A program made the translations under genes and the position numbers. Shown here piece by piece: positions 1 to 11,000 of a DNA stretch of 64,000 nt. The DNA is from Callorhinchus milii (taxonomy: Eukaryota), in the NCBI RefSeq assembly GCF_018977255.1, contig NW_024704772.1:62001-126000 (forward strand), in the 5' to 3' direction. Under the pieces are notes generated by a model that was not told the origin of the DNA, searched no databases, and saw only the letters and a list, made by a program, of their open reading frames with translations. Positions within the stretch are counted from its first letter, which is position 1. Every line of letters starts with the position of its first letter.

Positions 1-121
1 CACGAATGCCATGACCTGGTGTTGTCAACAGCAAAACTACAAAAACAGCTGCTCAATGTTCAGCAAAACCATCTGATGAGCTGCACCTTCTCCAAAGGCA
101 GCAACACCACATGTGTCTCTG

Positions 122-3087
122 CTAGTGACATTTCTCCCCTCCTGGCCGGCCAGTCCTTCTCCTTCTCTGGGACTTGCTTGTCTTGCCCTTCACCACCTTC
201 TTGTTCTCATCGGTCACATTTTTCACCTTCTTTCCCTTAGTTTTTTTCACACTGGTCGAATGTAGAGCAGACGTCAGCGAGGAGATTCTGGAGGGAAAGA
301 AAAACAGAGACTGAACATCGGTTACTGAAATGGGCATCAAATCATTTCATCCAAATAACAGCCTAAAGCAACTAATTTCAGTTTCCCAGTTACCACAAAC
401 ATCAGTGACTCTCGGTTACTCCTCTAAACCTCTCAATGCAGTTATTGCCCCTCATTTATTATTATTATTAGTATTATTAGATTTACTTTTTGGATATGAT
501 GGGCTCAGACAGTTTTCTGGGCAGAGGATTCTCCTTTTCTGTGGATGGTTCCTCTCCCTCTTCCACGTTACTCTGTGGCGGCGGCTGTTTCCGAGCCGCT
601 TCTGGCTGTAAAAATAAGCAGAACATCACATTTGATGCCAGATAATCCTGGTTTGTGATAAATTGTTGGGAGAATGAGGTGATTTGTTCCAGCTTCAGCA
701 GGGGGTGCTCATTCCAAGAGACGCTCATCTCCTCAGTGCTGACAAGTGTCCGTGAGGCAAGTGCCAAAGGTTTATGCCCATCAGGTTTAACCCCCTCCTG
801 CAACTATGTGACAGGAATTGTTTAGTTGCAGTTTGGCTCCTTGTGGGAGGAGGTCAGCAGGTTCTCCTTGCGGCTGAACTGGCTCCAAGGTGACATGTTT
901 GACAACAGAATGTCAGAATCGAGCCAGTCCGCTGACGGTCTCCAGTCCAGTTCCTGAGCCAGATGGGTCCGCAGTATTCCAGGGCACTCACTGCTGATGA
1001 CAGCACAGTGAGGCCTGGATCATCAGCAGGACCTGGAAGGGCCGAACAGCCACTTGGGCAGGGAGTATTAAGGCACAGGTTGGAGAGAGCCAAGGCTTGG
1101 GAATCCCAGAGTGTGCGTTGGGATAAACCTACATAGCCTGTTGCGAGCTTTCCTCCTGCTTGTCCAGCTAGGACCACCCTACCATATCCGGTTCCATCAG
1201 TAATCACCTACAGTAGGTCATCAGTAAATTCTGACACAATTGTTCCTCTATCCTCTCAATGTCCCCTTTTTCAGATATGAGCCTGTCAGAACCTGCAGCC
1301 CCAGTGTTTGCTGATGATGATGGAAACTCGATCCTCACCTGCTCGGAGCCCAGGCCGAGCCGGCCTCCCGTCAAGTCAATGTCACTGATGGTCGTCACAG
1401 TGACGGTGTGGTTGGGATGGTCGTACTGAACGGATTCCAGTTGGGACGTCACCAGTTGGTCCAACTCCTCAGCTTCCTCTGTAAGAACAGCAACAACTTG
1501 TATTTATATAGCGGCCTTCGCGTGGGGTAGCATCCCGGGCCGAAAGGAAAATCTCCCTGAACTCTCACTAATCACAACAACAAATGACATTTGTAAAGCG
1601 CCTTTCACTTCAGATGGAATCACACACACAAGATGGTTCTGTGCCCTTGTGCTAAATGAAGCAAAAGCTTTGATGTTGTCTTACAATAAAGAATTGCATT
1701 TCAGATAATAACAGGGCGGGGCTTGGGAACGTTTCATTGCAGAAAGGGAGGAGAGGGGAAGGGAGTACAACATATCTCAGCCTTAAAACTGCTGAACAGC
1801 ATATGTGATGTTCATTTAAACAGAGAACGTGATTCCAATTGAGCTGCTGGTCACAGATTACCTAAAGCCTCCTTCCTTTCTTGGAACATCTTCACATACT
1901 CTTTGTGTCTCTGAAATTCAAAGACAAAACAGTTAGTTGGCAAGTATCAAAAGCGCTTGTGAATATATTTGAAAACATACAATCGTGTTGATTCCAAGTA
2001 GTTTTGACATCAACCAATGTCTCTCAATTCATGAGGTGAATCAAATGTGTAATTACTGTGTTAGTATTGAAAGATAAAAAAATAATCTTTATCCTCTTCT
2101 GAAGGTGATGAGCCACTTGTGAATGAGATTAGACAAGAGAGAAGCATCGCAGACGGGCCTGACTTTCCACCCCAGCTTCTGCCCGGAGCTAACATTATTG
2201 TTTCCTTGTCTAAGATCAGCACAAAACAGTTGTATAAATGCAGTTTGTTGTTGTTTAGTTGTGATAAAATCTATCCCTCCGTCTCACCCCATCTCTCGCC
2301 TCCTTCAAGTCCCGTCAAAAGACCTTCCTCTTCGACCTGCCTTTGGCCACCCGCCCACCCTCCACCTCTCCTGACCTAAACTCCCAGCTCGTGTTCAAAA
2401 CCCCCGACTGTCGCCCGTGAATGGCACTCTACGAGTGTAATATGTTGTTGTTGTTGATAATCTTCTCTGCCCCAAAGGCAGTGTTTAGCTGAGTTTCTCA
2501 CCTCTACTTTCACTCGTCTCTGCTCCTCCTTCAGTTTCTGTTTGATTTCATCTGTGGCTTTTTTTCTCCTCTCGACTTTACGTTTATGAAAACCCGTCAG
2601 AAACTCCCTGTAGAAGAGAACATCACGGAGGTCAAGGTCAGGGTCAGAGTTAGGGTCAGAGTTAGGGTCAGGGTCAGAGTTAGGGTCAGAGTTAGGGTCA
2701 GAGTTAGGGTCAGAGTTAGGGTCAGGGTCAGAGTTAGGGTCAGAGTTAGGGTCAGAGTTAGGGTCAGGGTCAGAGTTAGGGTCAGAGTTAGGGTCAGGGT
2801 TCGGGTCAGACAGTGACTCGCGCTTTCGTTTTAGTGTCAGAAAATTGTGGGTTCAAACCCCAAGTCGGGGACTTTGAGCTCATCGGGGCTGAGGGTCGGG
2901 GCCGGCGGGGGTACAGCTGTGGGGAGTGGGGGCCCGGCGGGCGGTGTGGGGGCCCGGCGGGCGGTGTGGGGGCCCGGCGTGGGGTGTGGGGGCCCGGCGG
3001 GCGGAGTGGGGGCCCTGACCTCCTGCTCTCTTCACTGAAGCTGACGCTCCCGGGTCTCGGGGCGGCTTTGTGCTGCCGTTTTCCCAT
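122..3087 (-). CDS. NOL12: Nucleolar protein 12, 6 coding exons, about 215 aa
   Basis: Exons 3087-3020, 2607-2502, 1910-1862, 1478-1339, 605-487, 287-122; all GT-AG, frame continuous. Spliced product MGKRQHK...[25 protein letters not shown]...[22 protein letters not shown]...ISSLTSALH...[11 protein letters not shown] matches recalled NOL12 motifs ([30 protein letters not shown]). Confidence 0.95.
854..1195. mobile_element. Old interspersed repeat (unidentified family), internally inverted copy
   Basis: 955-1062 aligns with 59520-59630 in the same orientation, while 1063-1185 aligns with 21360-21520 (+) and with the reverse complement of 59670-59790. Confidence 0.7.
2270..2455 (+). mobile_element. 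L2-like LINE 3' end fragment
   Basis: ctccttcaagtcccgtcaaaagaccttcctcttcgac...gcctttgg (degenerate SFKS.LKTFLFD.AF reverse transcriptase C-terminus), ending in a (TTG)n tail; the same module recurs many times in the window. Confidence 0.7.
2632..2808 (+). repeat. Telomere-like hexamer array (TTAGGG / TCAGAG / TCAGGG) in NOL12 intron 1
   Basis: About 29 hexamers, including 11 exact TTAGGG; ends about 23 nt before the exon 2 acceptor (2608-2609). Confidence 0.95.
2918..3016 (+). repeat. GC-rich 20-bp tandem repeat at the start of NOL12 intron 1
   Basis: gtgggggcccggcgggcggt x about 4-5, directly after the exon 1 donor (3018-3019). Confidence 0.9.
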
Positions 3088-3270
3088 CTTCAGCCGCCTG
3101 TCCCCACTTCCGGTCCGGGTCGGTCCCACCGCTCAAATCATCCGGGACTCCCCCAACCCCGGACTTGGGTTCCGCGTATAATACGTTCCCCCCCAGGACA
3201 CGTGACCGCCATTGATACGAACCCCGGTGTTTGGCCCCAGTGACTGGTCACATCGTCACATCGTCTCAAA
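3088..3270 (-). promoter_or_regulatory. NOL12 CpG-island promoter / 5' UTR
   Basis: CpG-rich; ETS/GABP site CCGGAAGTG (minus strand, about 3105-3113); E-box CACGTGAC at about 3199-3206. Confidence 0.7.
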
Positions 3271-3609
3271 CACTTCACAGGTTACACTGTCAACTCAACT
3301 GACCGTATATTTGTGGCCAAAACGCTCTAAGACGCCGTCCGGCATATGGAGGGCACTATATAAATCCAAGTTGTTGTTGTTGAAACGCGGCAGCGAATTG
3401 CGCCGCAGTGAGTGTCCCCACAAACAGTGGGGATTGAAAATGACCGATTTATTGTCGTATTTTTTATAATCTGTCACAATCTCGTATGAGATTCTGCATT
3501 GTGGGAATGTTCTACTTAAACAAGAAGCAGAACAGACATCAGAGGGTTAACAACTGACGTCAGGGTTTGTACTGTGGAGTGGTTAAAGCTAAACACATCT
3601 TTTTTCTCA

Positions 3610-3990
3610 ACAACAACAACATCGACGACGACTTGGATTTATAAGCCCCCTCCACGCCGGACGGCGTCTCACAGCGCTTTACAGGAACAGATCCGGCGCC
3701 GAGCCCAGGGGGGGAGGGGGGGGACCAAAGGCGCGGTCGAAAAGAAAGGTCTTCAGCAGAGACCTGAAAACAGGAAGAGAGAGGGCGGGGGATAGGGAGG
3801 AGAGTGGTGCAGAAAGGAATTTGGGTTGTACAGGAAAGATGGTTGTGGAGAGTGGTGTGAGTGGAGAGTTGGGGAGGGTATGTATGAGGGAAGGGTTTGC
3901 CTTAAGGAGGCGGTTTGAGCGGAGGGAATGAGTGATGGGACACGTGGGTTTGCTGCTCTGGGACAGCCAGTGCCGGGAGCCACGATGGGC
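3610..3990 (-). mobile_element. L2-like LINE 3' fragment
   Basis: Minus-strand translation contains LPVFRSLLKTFLFDRAFG, followed by the shared tail ...taaatccaagtcgtcgtcgatgttgttg. Confidence 0.75.
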
Positions 3991-4813
3991 CCAGAACATT
4001 GCAAACCATCTGCAAAAACAAAGACCTGAATCGACAGGATTTTATACCCAAATAAACCAGTAGCAAACCAACTGCATTTAATGTGAAAATGAAATCAGCC
4101 AGAATATGTTATACAACTTGTATTTTATATAACTTATATTTTTTGAGCATCTTTCACACAGAGTGTCTTGGAGCGAGATAAAAGGCAGATTTGGTCTTGG
4201 TGTTTGATTGAAGTAATGTAACACTGAGTGACAGGTTTCTGTCTGCGATGTCCCCGAGTCCTGACTTACAGGACAAATCTTACCTGTCATGTTTCAGAGG
4301 TGGATGTTGGACCAGTAGATGTGAGAGATTGGGTGACGAGGGAATAATGCAACTCTCCCTCATGTCAAATAAATGTGTAGAGTTTACCATAGACTGTACA
4401 GGGTCTGCGCATGGAGTAGATTTTAATAAGCCATATGGCCTCTTATTATATTTTCTAAATGACACTCCAACCACCTGATCATGGACCACAACACAAGGTG
4501 AAGTGGGAGGGCGGCATGTGGTGTAATGGAGGGAAGGGGGAAAGTGGGACAAGTGATTAAACTTTTTAAAAATCACAGATTTGTGCAATCCAAATCCACA
4601 ATGTTCTTAATGGTCTCTTACATTCATTCACCTGTGCTAATCTGTCAAATCTTTAAGAAGGAAAATACACTATTGTTAATGTTTTAAAAATGGAAAAACT
4701 TTACAATAGTTTAATAATAATAATAATCCTTGCATTTGATATAGCGCATTTCACATCTTCTAGATGGCTAGAATTTAGATCCCATGGAGACAGCAGGTTG
4801 CTTTCAAGTAGAC

Positions 4814-4819
4814 TTTATT
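4814..4819 (-). terminator. Polyadenylation signal of the profilin gene
   Basis: AATAAA on the minus strand, about 60 nt after the stop codon. Confidence 0.7.
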
Positions 4820-4880
4820 ATAATCAACTATTTTAGAAAATCTTTATGTTCAAACATTCCTGTCTTGGCTCTCTTCTCTT

Positions 4881-5294
4881 CTACAAGCCTTTCTGCTTCA
4901 GGAAGTTATCCATCTCATGCACCTTCTTGTTGAGAATTCCTCCATGGATCCCCTTCTTGCCCATCACAAATACCATAGTCTTGATGGTTTTGCCGATGCA
5001 GATGCTCTTTCCTTGACCTCCCTTCATCCTCACGTCCATCACTCCATCGTTGTTGATCATCAGATTGTCCCTGATGACGGAGCACTTCTTACCTCCGATG
5101 GTAATGCCAGTTTGTAAGAAAGCCTTGCGATCCTGTCCTGTTAACATGCTGACCTCCTGAGGGGAGATGGCAGCCAGCACTCCCCCTGGCTTGGAAGCCC
5201 AGACGGACTTGTTATCAGCATGTCCCACAATGGCAGCATCCTCCACGTTCTTGTCCTTCAGTATAGTGTTGATGTAATTCTTCCAGTCGGCCAT
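4881..5294 (-). CDS. PFN3: Intronless profilin, PFN3-type, 137 aa
   Basis: Uninterrupted ORF with Kozak aagATGG. Same length as recalled mammalian PFN3 and aligns without gaps. Shares PFN3-specific DWK.YI, AIVGHADN, VWAS.PGG.LAAISPQEV and HGGILNK.VHE rather than the PFN1/2 AIVGY and ITP.E motifs. Confidence 0.85.
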   Translation of the reverse strand: MADWKNYINTILKDKNVEDAAIVGHADNKSVWASKPGGVLAAISPQEVSMLTGQDRKAFLQTGITIGGKKCSVIRDNLMINNDGVMDVRMKGGQGKSICIGKTIKTMVFVMGKKGIHGGILNKKVHEMDNFLKQKGL

Positions 5295-5490
5295 CTTTCG
5301 CCTCGTCTAATCCTGATCTCAGATACGTTACTGAATGTCGTCTCAGCGACTGGACCTCCTCGATGTGAGGACCGTTTGCCAGTCGCTGCCTAGAGAAACT
5401 GCCCTTCATTGTGACGTCAGCTAATGAGCAATCTGACCCCTCAATGAGGTCATAAAACAGTGACAACATTGCTTTATGACGTCCGACTGC
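5295..5490 (-). promoter_or_regulatory. Profilin promoter / 5' UTR with CRE
   Basis: Perfect TGACGTCA at 5412-5419; near-CREs TGAGGTCA at 5445-5452 and TGACGTCC at 5477-5484; local CpG cluster between the CRE and the ATG. Confidence 0.65.
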
Positions 5491-5854
5491 ACTGGGCAGC
5501 CATTGCCCCCAACATTAGGCCCATAGTCTCCAAATGACTAAATCACCTCCTTTTGATTAGCCAGACTTGACAACAACTTGCATTTATAAAACACCCTTCA
5601 CATGGGGAATGTCTCAGAGTGCTTCACCTTCACAAATCTTTCCCCATTTCCCTTCATGTTTATCAAATTCCCTGTTTCAGTGAGTTCATTGATTCACTCT
5701 CAATAGCCATTGGTGATAATGAATCCAAACCCAAACTCAATGGGTGAAGATGCCTGTAAGAAGGGGATAGAAAGGGGATTAAGAGGGCAGTGGAGCCTCA
5801 TGCGAGGTGTATGGAATAGTGGGTCACAATGACCAGTTTCTATGCTGTAACAAC

Positions 5855-6165
5855 ACTAACTTGCACTTATATAGCACCCTCCACACAGGGCAGCATCTCA
5901 GAGCGCTTAACAGTGGCGGAGCCTGACTCTGAACCGGGGAGAGGGGGGAGGTGGCCGTAAGCACAGTCAAAGAAGTTTTCAGGCAGGACTTGAAAGAGGG
6001 AGCAAGGCGGAGGGATTGAGGGAGAATGCTCCAGCGTTTGGGGGCATAGTGGCTGAAAGCGCAACCTCCAATGGTGGGGCGGAGGGTGCGAGGGACAAGC
6101 AGGAGCCGGTACCAGTCGAGCGGAGGGGTTGGATTTGGGGAGCGAGGAGGTCAAAGGTACCAGGG
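5855..6165 (-). mobile_element. L2-like LINE 3' fragment
   Basis: Degenerate RT C-terminus (GGCAFSHYAP...W..LP, LFKS.LK.FFD.AY) plus the tail gagggtgctatataagtgcaag. Confidence 0.75.
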
Positions 6166-8075
6166 AGTGAATGGATTTGAACACGTTTGTATAACATAAA
6201 TTGTAACATTTATGTAATTCTATGAGTGAAGAAATTTCAAACTTCCTGGAAAACAAATCTCCAGCTAAAATTAGTTATTTACTTCATGGATATTTGGGAT
6301 ATTGCTATGTGCAAATTGGCTGTTGGTTTTGTCTACAACAACAACAAGATTACATTTGTATAGCACCTTTCACGTCGGGAGGACGTCCCAAGGCATCTAA
6401 ATACACACTTTACCCAAAACACTTTGGGAAATTTTGACAATATCAAAAGCAAGAATTATTATGATGTATTGGCTTTCAGGACCAAACAGTTTCTCACGTC
6501 ATTTAAGAAATACAAAGGAATTGCCATATTCAATGAAACCCCGGATGAGTTGCTATGGTTACAATAATTACTGCAATACGACACTTTAGTGAGGCAACAG
6601 AACAGGTTGTGAGATCAGGATTTAGCTGTTAAATGGCTCCTTTCATTACATTGAGAAAGTCGGAATATTCTCGGAGAGTCCAAGCTAAGATGGAAGGGTA
6701 ACATGAAAACAAACCTTGAAAGGTAAGACGGATTTATTGCTTCATCACATAAGTACTTCTTCTATTCCATATTCCAAGCCTAGTTTTGGGTTCAAAAACA
6801 TCTCAAATCGTTCTATACATTCTTATATTCGAATAAATAAAAACACCAATCAGGATTGGAAAAATCTTTTTTTTACACGCCCAAATTAAAATAGCAGATA
6901 CTCAAAACCCCAAATATTTACATTTAATAAAACAGACAGTGAAAGAAAGCATTGTTTAGGTCAAACATTTGACAGAACAGAGACAGCCCAGCACCCCATT
7001 CACTTTCTAAACCATCGTCACTAATCTCTCAAGGGAGAAGCACAAATTATACCTGGTAACAGACCAGGAAAAGAGGCATCTGTACAATCTGTCCAGCTCC
7101 AACAACTGTTCATTTCTGGTCCTAATTACTTCTGAAAGTAATATTGCTTTGCTTCCAACATCATCATCAATGGGACACTAAATACATCTCCCAAAGCGCC
7201 TTTCTTTAAAATTGAACTTATTTTGTGGTCCAAAGCACAAAAGTTCAATTGCAGATAGACAAGTGAGAGGACTATTACAATATTTCTCCCCAAATATATA
7301 CAAGTCATGTATACATAATCTAAACACTGCCTGTTCTAGTCTTTTGCTTGGTAACTTCCCAAAACTTAAACATTATTTCCAAGCTGAATTAAGTCAACAA
7401 AACACAACAATAATTTGCTTAACTTTTCAAATCAGTGGAAAATATGATGCAGGTTGATTTGACTCATTGCAGATAAGTATAAGCATCAAGACAATACGTC
7501 TTCGAAGAACCAACTAAGGCAACATCATGATGACCCCTTTCAATGTATAGCACATTTCAGGGGACACTAGTCTAGATGGACTTGTGCTCCATTACTATCA
7601 CGAGAAATGCGGCAAAACAGTAGTTTACCCGGTGAGGGAGTCTTACTCCAGTACAATACCAGGAACGGCCTCCTACAAAGTTCCAAATGACTTGGCCATT
7701 CAGCTCAGGAAACCTCGCCTATAATAGGGGGAAATTTCATTCTGTAACAATGTTTGAACAGAAAGTAATCGTTTCCACTCTCCAGGCTTTATTTATAAAC
7801 TGAAGGACTAGACATCACCCTGGACCAACTCAGTGTCCTCCTTAATTAATAACAGTAACAGTGCCGCAAGCATCAACAAAACAGCAATAACAAAAATATC
7901 ACATCAGCAGAGAGTGATCGGACATTACCAGCTGTGAGCCAGTCAGTCTCTCCTGGTATTTTCAGTGTGAAATGAGAGAAGCTGAGCAGAAGGCAATGAC
8001 ATGGGCCACAGGCACCAGGTCAAAGGCAATAGACACAGCTGTAGCCCACCCTCCTCCTCCCGGGGTCTGCGTTGC

Positions 8076-11000
8076 TCAGCTCGCTGCGATGGTGGTCCCG
8101 GTTCCCAGTTTCATGATCACTTGGTGACAATCGTTGACTGAGCGTTTGTCTCCCAGCTTCTCTAGTGTGCGAGCTGCCTCTGCCAGCATCACTGCTCTCT
8201 GACCAGGGGAGGACAGGAAGGAGAGGGGAAGGTGGCGACAAGCCAACAGAATGGCTGTTGCTCTCTCCCGCTGGCCTGGGAGAGCATCACATTCACCTGT
8301 GAAAATAAACAACATTTTGTGGCTTTACTGCTTCACGGGACAGAGAGAGCTTCAATCTACCCTTGTTACAAATGTAAATAATAAATATTCTTGCTCCATC
8401 ACAAATTCGAGCTGTCTTGAAGCGCTTGGCATACAGGGATGGTAATTGTTTTAACACCTATCACTAACTGTGCTCAAGAGTCTTCAAACCAGTCAGAGGT
8501 CCACGTATGCCACACATACATGAAAATATCCATAATGGACCATGCTCTCTCTCCCCTGGAGGGACATATCCTGCTTATCCAATTCCGGAGGGTACGAGGC
8601 ATAGGTTGGCTGGAACCAAGGCTATTCGATCCCAGAGGGTGTGCTTCGGCCTTGCCTTCCATTCCTCTCTGACCGTGCCTTTGGCCACCCTCCCTCCTAC
8701 CCCCACTACTCTCCGCCACTCTTGATTTGAACCCCCAGCTTGGGTGCAAACCCTTGATGTCCAGCTCTTGGGATATTCTCCCATCGTGAAAGGTGCTGTT
8801 TAAATGCAATTTGTTGTTGTTGTTACGGCTGCCGTTTAACCAGCTCTTCCCGTAAACGCTACTCGGCCAGGTTGTCTGGATAGGACTGTTAGGGTTTGGC
8901 TTGAGGGGGACTGGGACAAACTAAGATGCTCACCTTGCTGGCTGGGATGAGCCGTGCGTCTCCTCAGACTGTGCTCCAGCAGCTGGTGGGTTCGAGTTGG
9001 ACTCGCTCCGGCCATTAAGCGCACAGTCGCTTCATGTAAAAACATCTGCAAGAGAGTGAGGAAAAATGATCGTCCATTTCCTGTAGTGAAAAAGGCGTCT
9101 AGCTCAAACCCACTCTCCTGCTCTTTGCCCAATATTTACTTTTAACATAAGGTGCTATCTAAACGCAGATTCTTACTATTAACCTTTCAGTCTCTACAAT
9201 GATCCACGGCAGGAAGCAGAAAGTCACAGAGCATCGTTCAGTATGTTTGTTGTTTCATTAAAATGTTATTATTGACACCAGTATTCAAGAGGGCAATAAT
9301 GTAAACAAAAGCACTTTGATACCGTAACAGCTATAATAGATATTAACGGTGGGTAATTGCCAAAGACTAACACAATGTTTGATTTCGTTACGATGTTTGA
9401 TTACCTTACGATTTGCTGGTTTGAAGGTCTGGCCCAGTTTGCGGAGGCTGCTAAGGTCTTGCTGAAATCCCTTTAGTTCCAGACTGGATGCCTGATTGGC
9501 CTCGCCCAGGGCCTGGCTGGCCTCCCCCAGGGCCTGGCTGCCGTTGGCTGGTTTCTGCCACAAAGTGGTACGAATCGAGAGCAAAATGTCACAGAGCAGC
9601 AACTGCACAGCCTGTCAAAGAGAGAAGTGTGAAGAGGTTTGCATAATGTCTAGTACCAGAGTCAGGCTCGGTTTCTTGCAACACAAAGAACACGGTTTAT
9701 TTTCTCACAGATAATGTTTTGCATAATGTACACCAACAGTCAAAATAAAGATAAATGGACACAAATGTGGCAAAAATACTGTTGTCACAAAATAAATGAT
9801 CCAAAGATTTGCACATTGGTTCAGGAGCAAATCTGATTTTCAATTCTCTTTGAGGAAGAAGTGATGAGGATTGGGATTGAAACAATAGTTTGTCAGGACA
9901 TCCACTTCACTTACCTATCTGCCTTTCCACAGTTATTGTCTTCAGGATCACATGAGGGTGACACTGCAGTGGGACCACATTGAGGTGACAAGTGTCCTGG
10001 GGACTACATTGAGGGTGACACTGTCCTGGGGACTACATAGGGGATGACACAGACACTGCCCTGGGGACCACATTGGGGGTGACGCTGCAGAGACACTACT
10101 ATAAGTTTTGAGATGTCGATCTCTGTATTGCTGACCTCTGTATTGCACTGCAGACACATTGCACAACATGGCGGCACATGCAATGCAACTACAATGCACC
10201 ACAGCGACCACCATCAACATTCATTGAGAAAAACACGAATACACGTGGCCATCAGATTGAGGCACAAACTCTCGGGGAGAAGCCGAATTTCCTTATCTTT
10301 ACCCTTCGCAGAGTGTGAGGCTGTTTGTACATCTGATGCTTTCCAGACCCCATAACCAGCATAACTAGTAATGTCTGACCATAACCAGCAAAGGGCTGGG
10401 ATAATGACACCCGTCTTACCTTGTGAAGGTTTACATCAAGTTGTGGGCTGGAGACAGTCAAGCTGTTCCACAGGTAACCACTGGCTTTCTCACAATGTAA
10501 GAATGTGGCTTGATGGGCGTCTGATTTCCCCAACATGGTGGCCTGCATCGCCTTATAGACATGAAGCACAGCCTTTGGTAATGGGCTCCTGTACAGCAAG
10601 GAATAGAGGACAATTACAACACAAAAGGCTTCTCGATCTCACCAAGAGGTTGACATCACGTATAATATTGATAATTAATAATAATCTCAGTTGCATTTCT
10701 CACCGGGTGAATAAATGAAAAGATGCGACTGAACAAATAGCAACAAAATAAAATGAGTGGAGAACAGATTGAGATGTTCCTATCCATGTACCTCGTTTAC
10801 AGCCAGTGATTGAGGTGTAGGGATGGCAATGGGAGCCAGGTGTAGGGATGGCAATGGGAGCCAGGTGTAGGGATGGCAATGGGAGCCAGGTGGGAGGTGA
10901 TGTGTCTCACTTACTCTGACATCTGTAGGGATTTGGGGATCCGCTCAACTTCAGCAAACAATCCTTTTGCTGTGGAATCTTCTCCCTGCAACCAGTGTAC

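Noticed and set aside
2586-2816. (VR)n dipeptide ORF
   Set aside because: Translation of the hexamer array, antisense to NOL12; no independent coding evidence.
4881-5294. Profilin as a processed pseudogene
   Set aside because: ORF intact; no poly(A) remnant or TSD seen; has its own promoter motifs and AATAAA; PFN3 is natively intronless.
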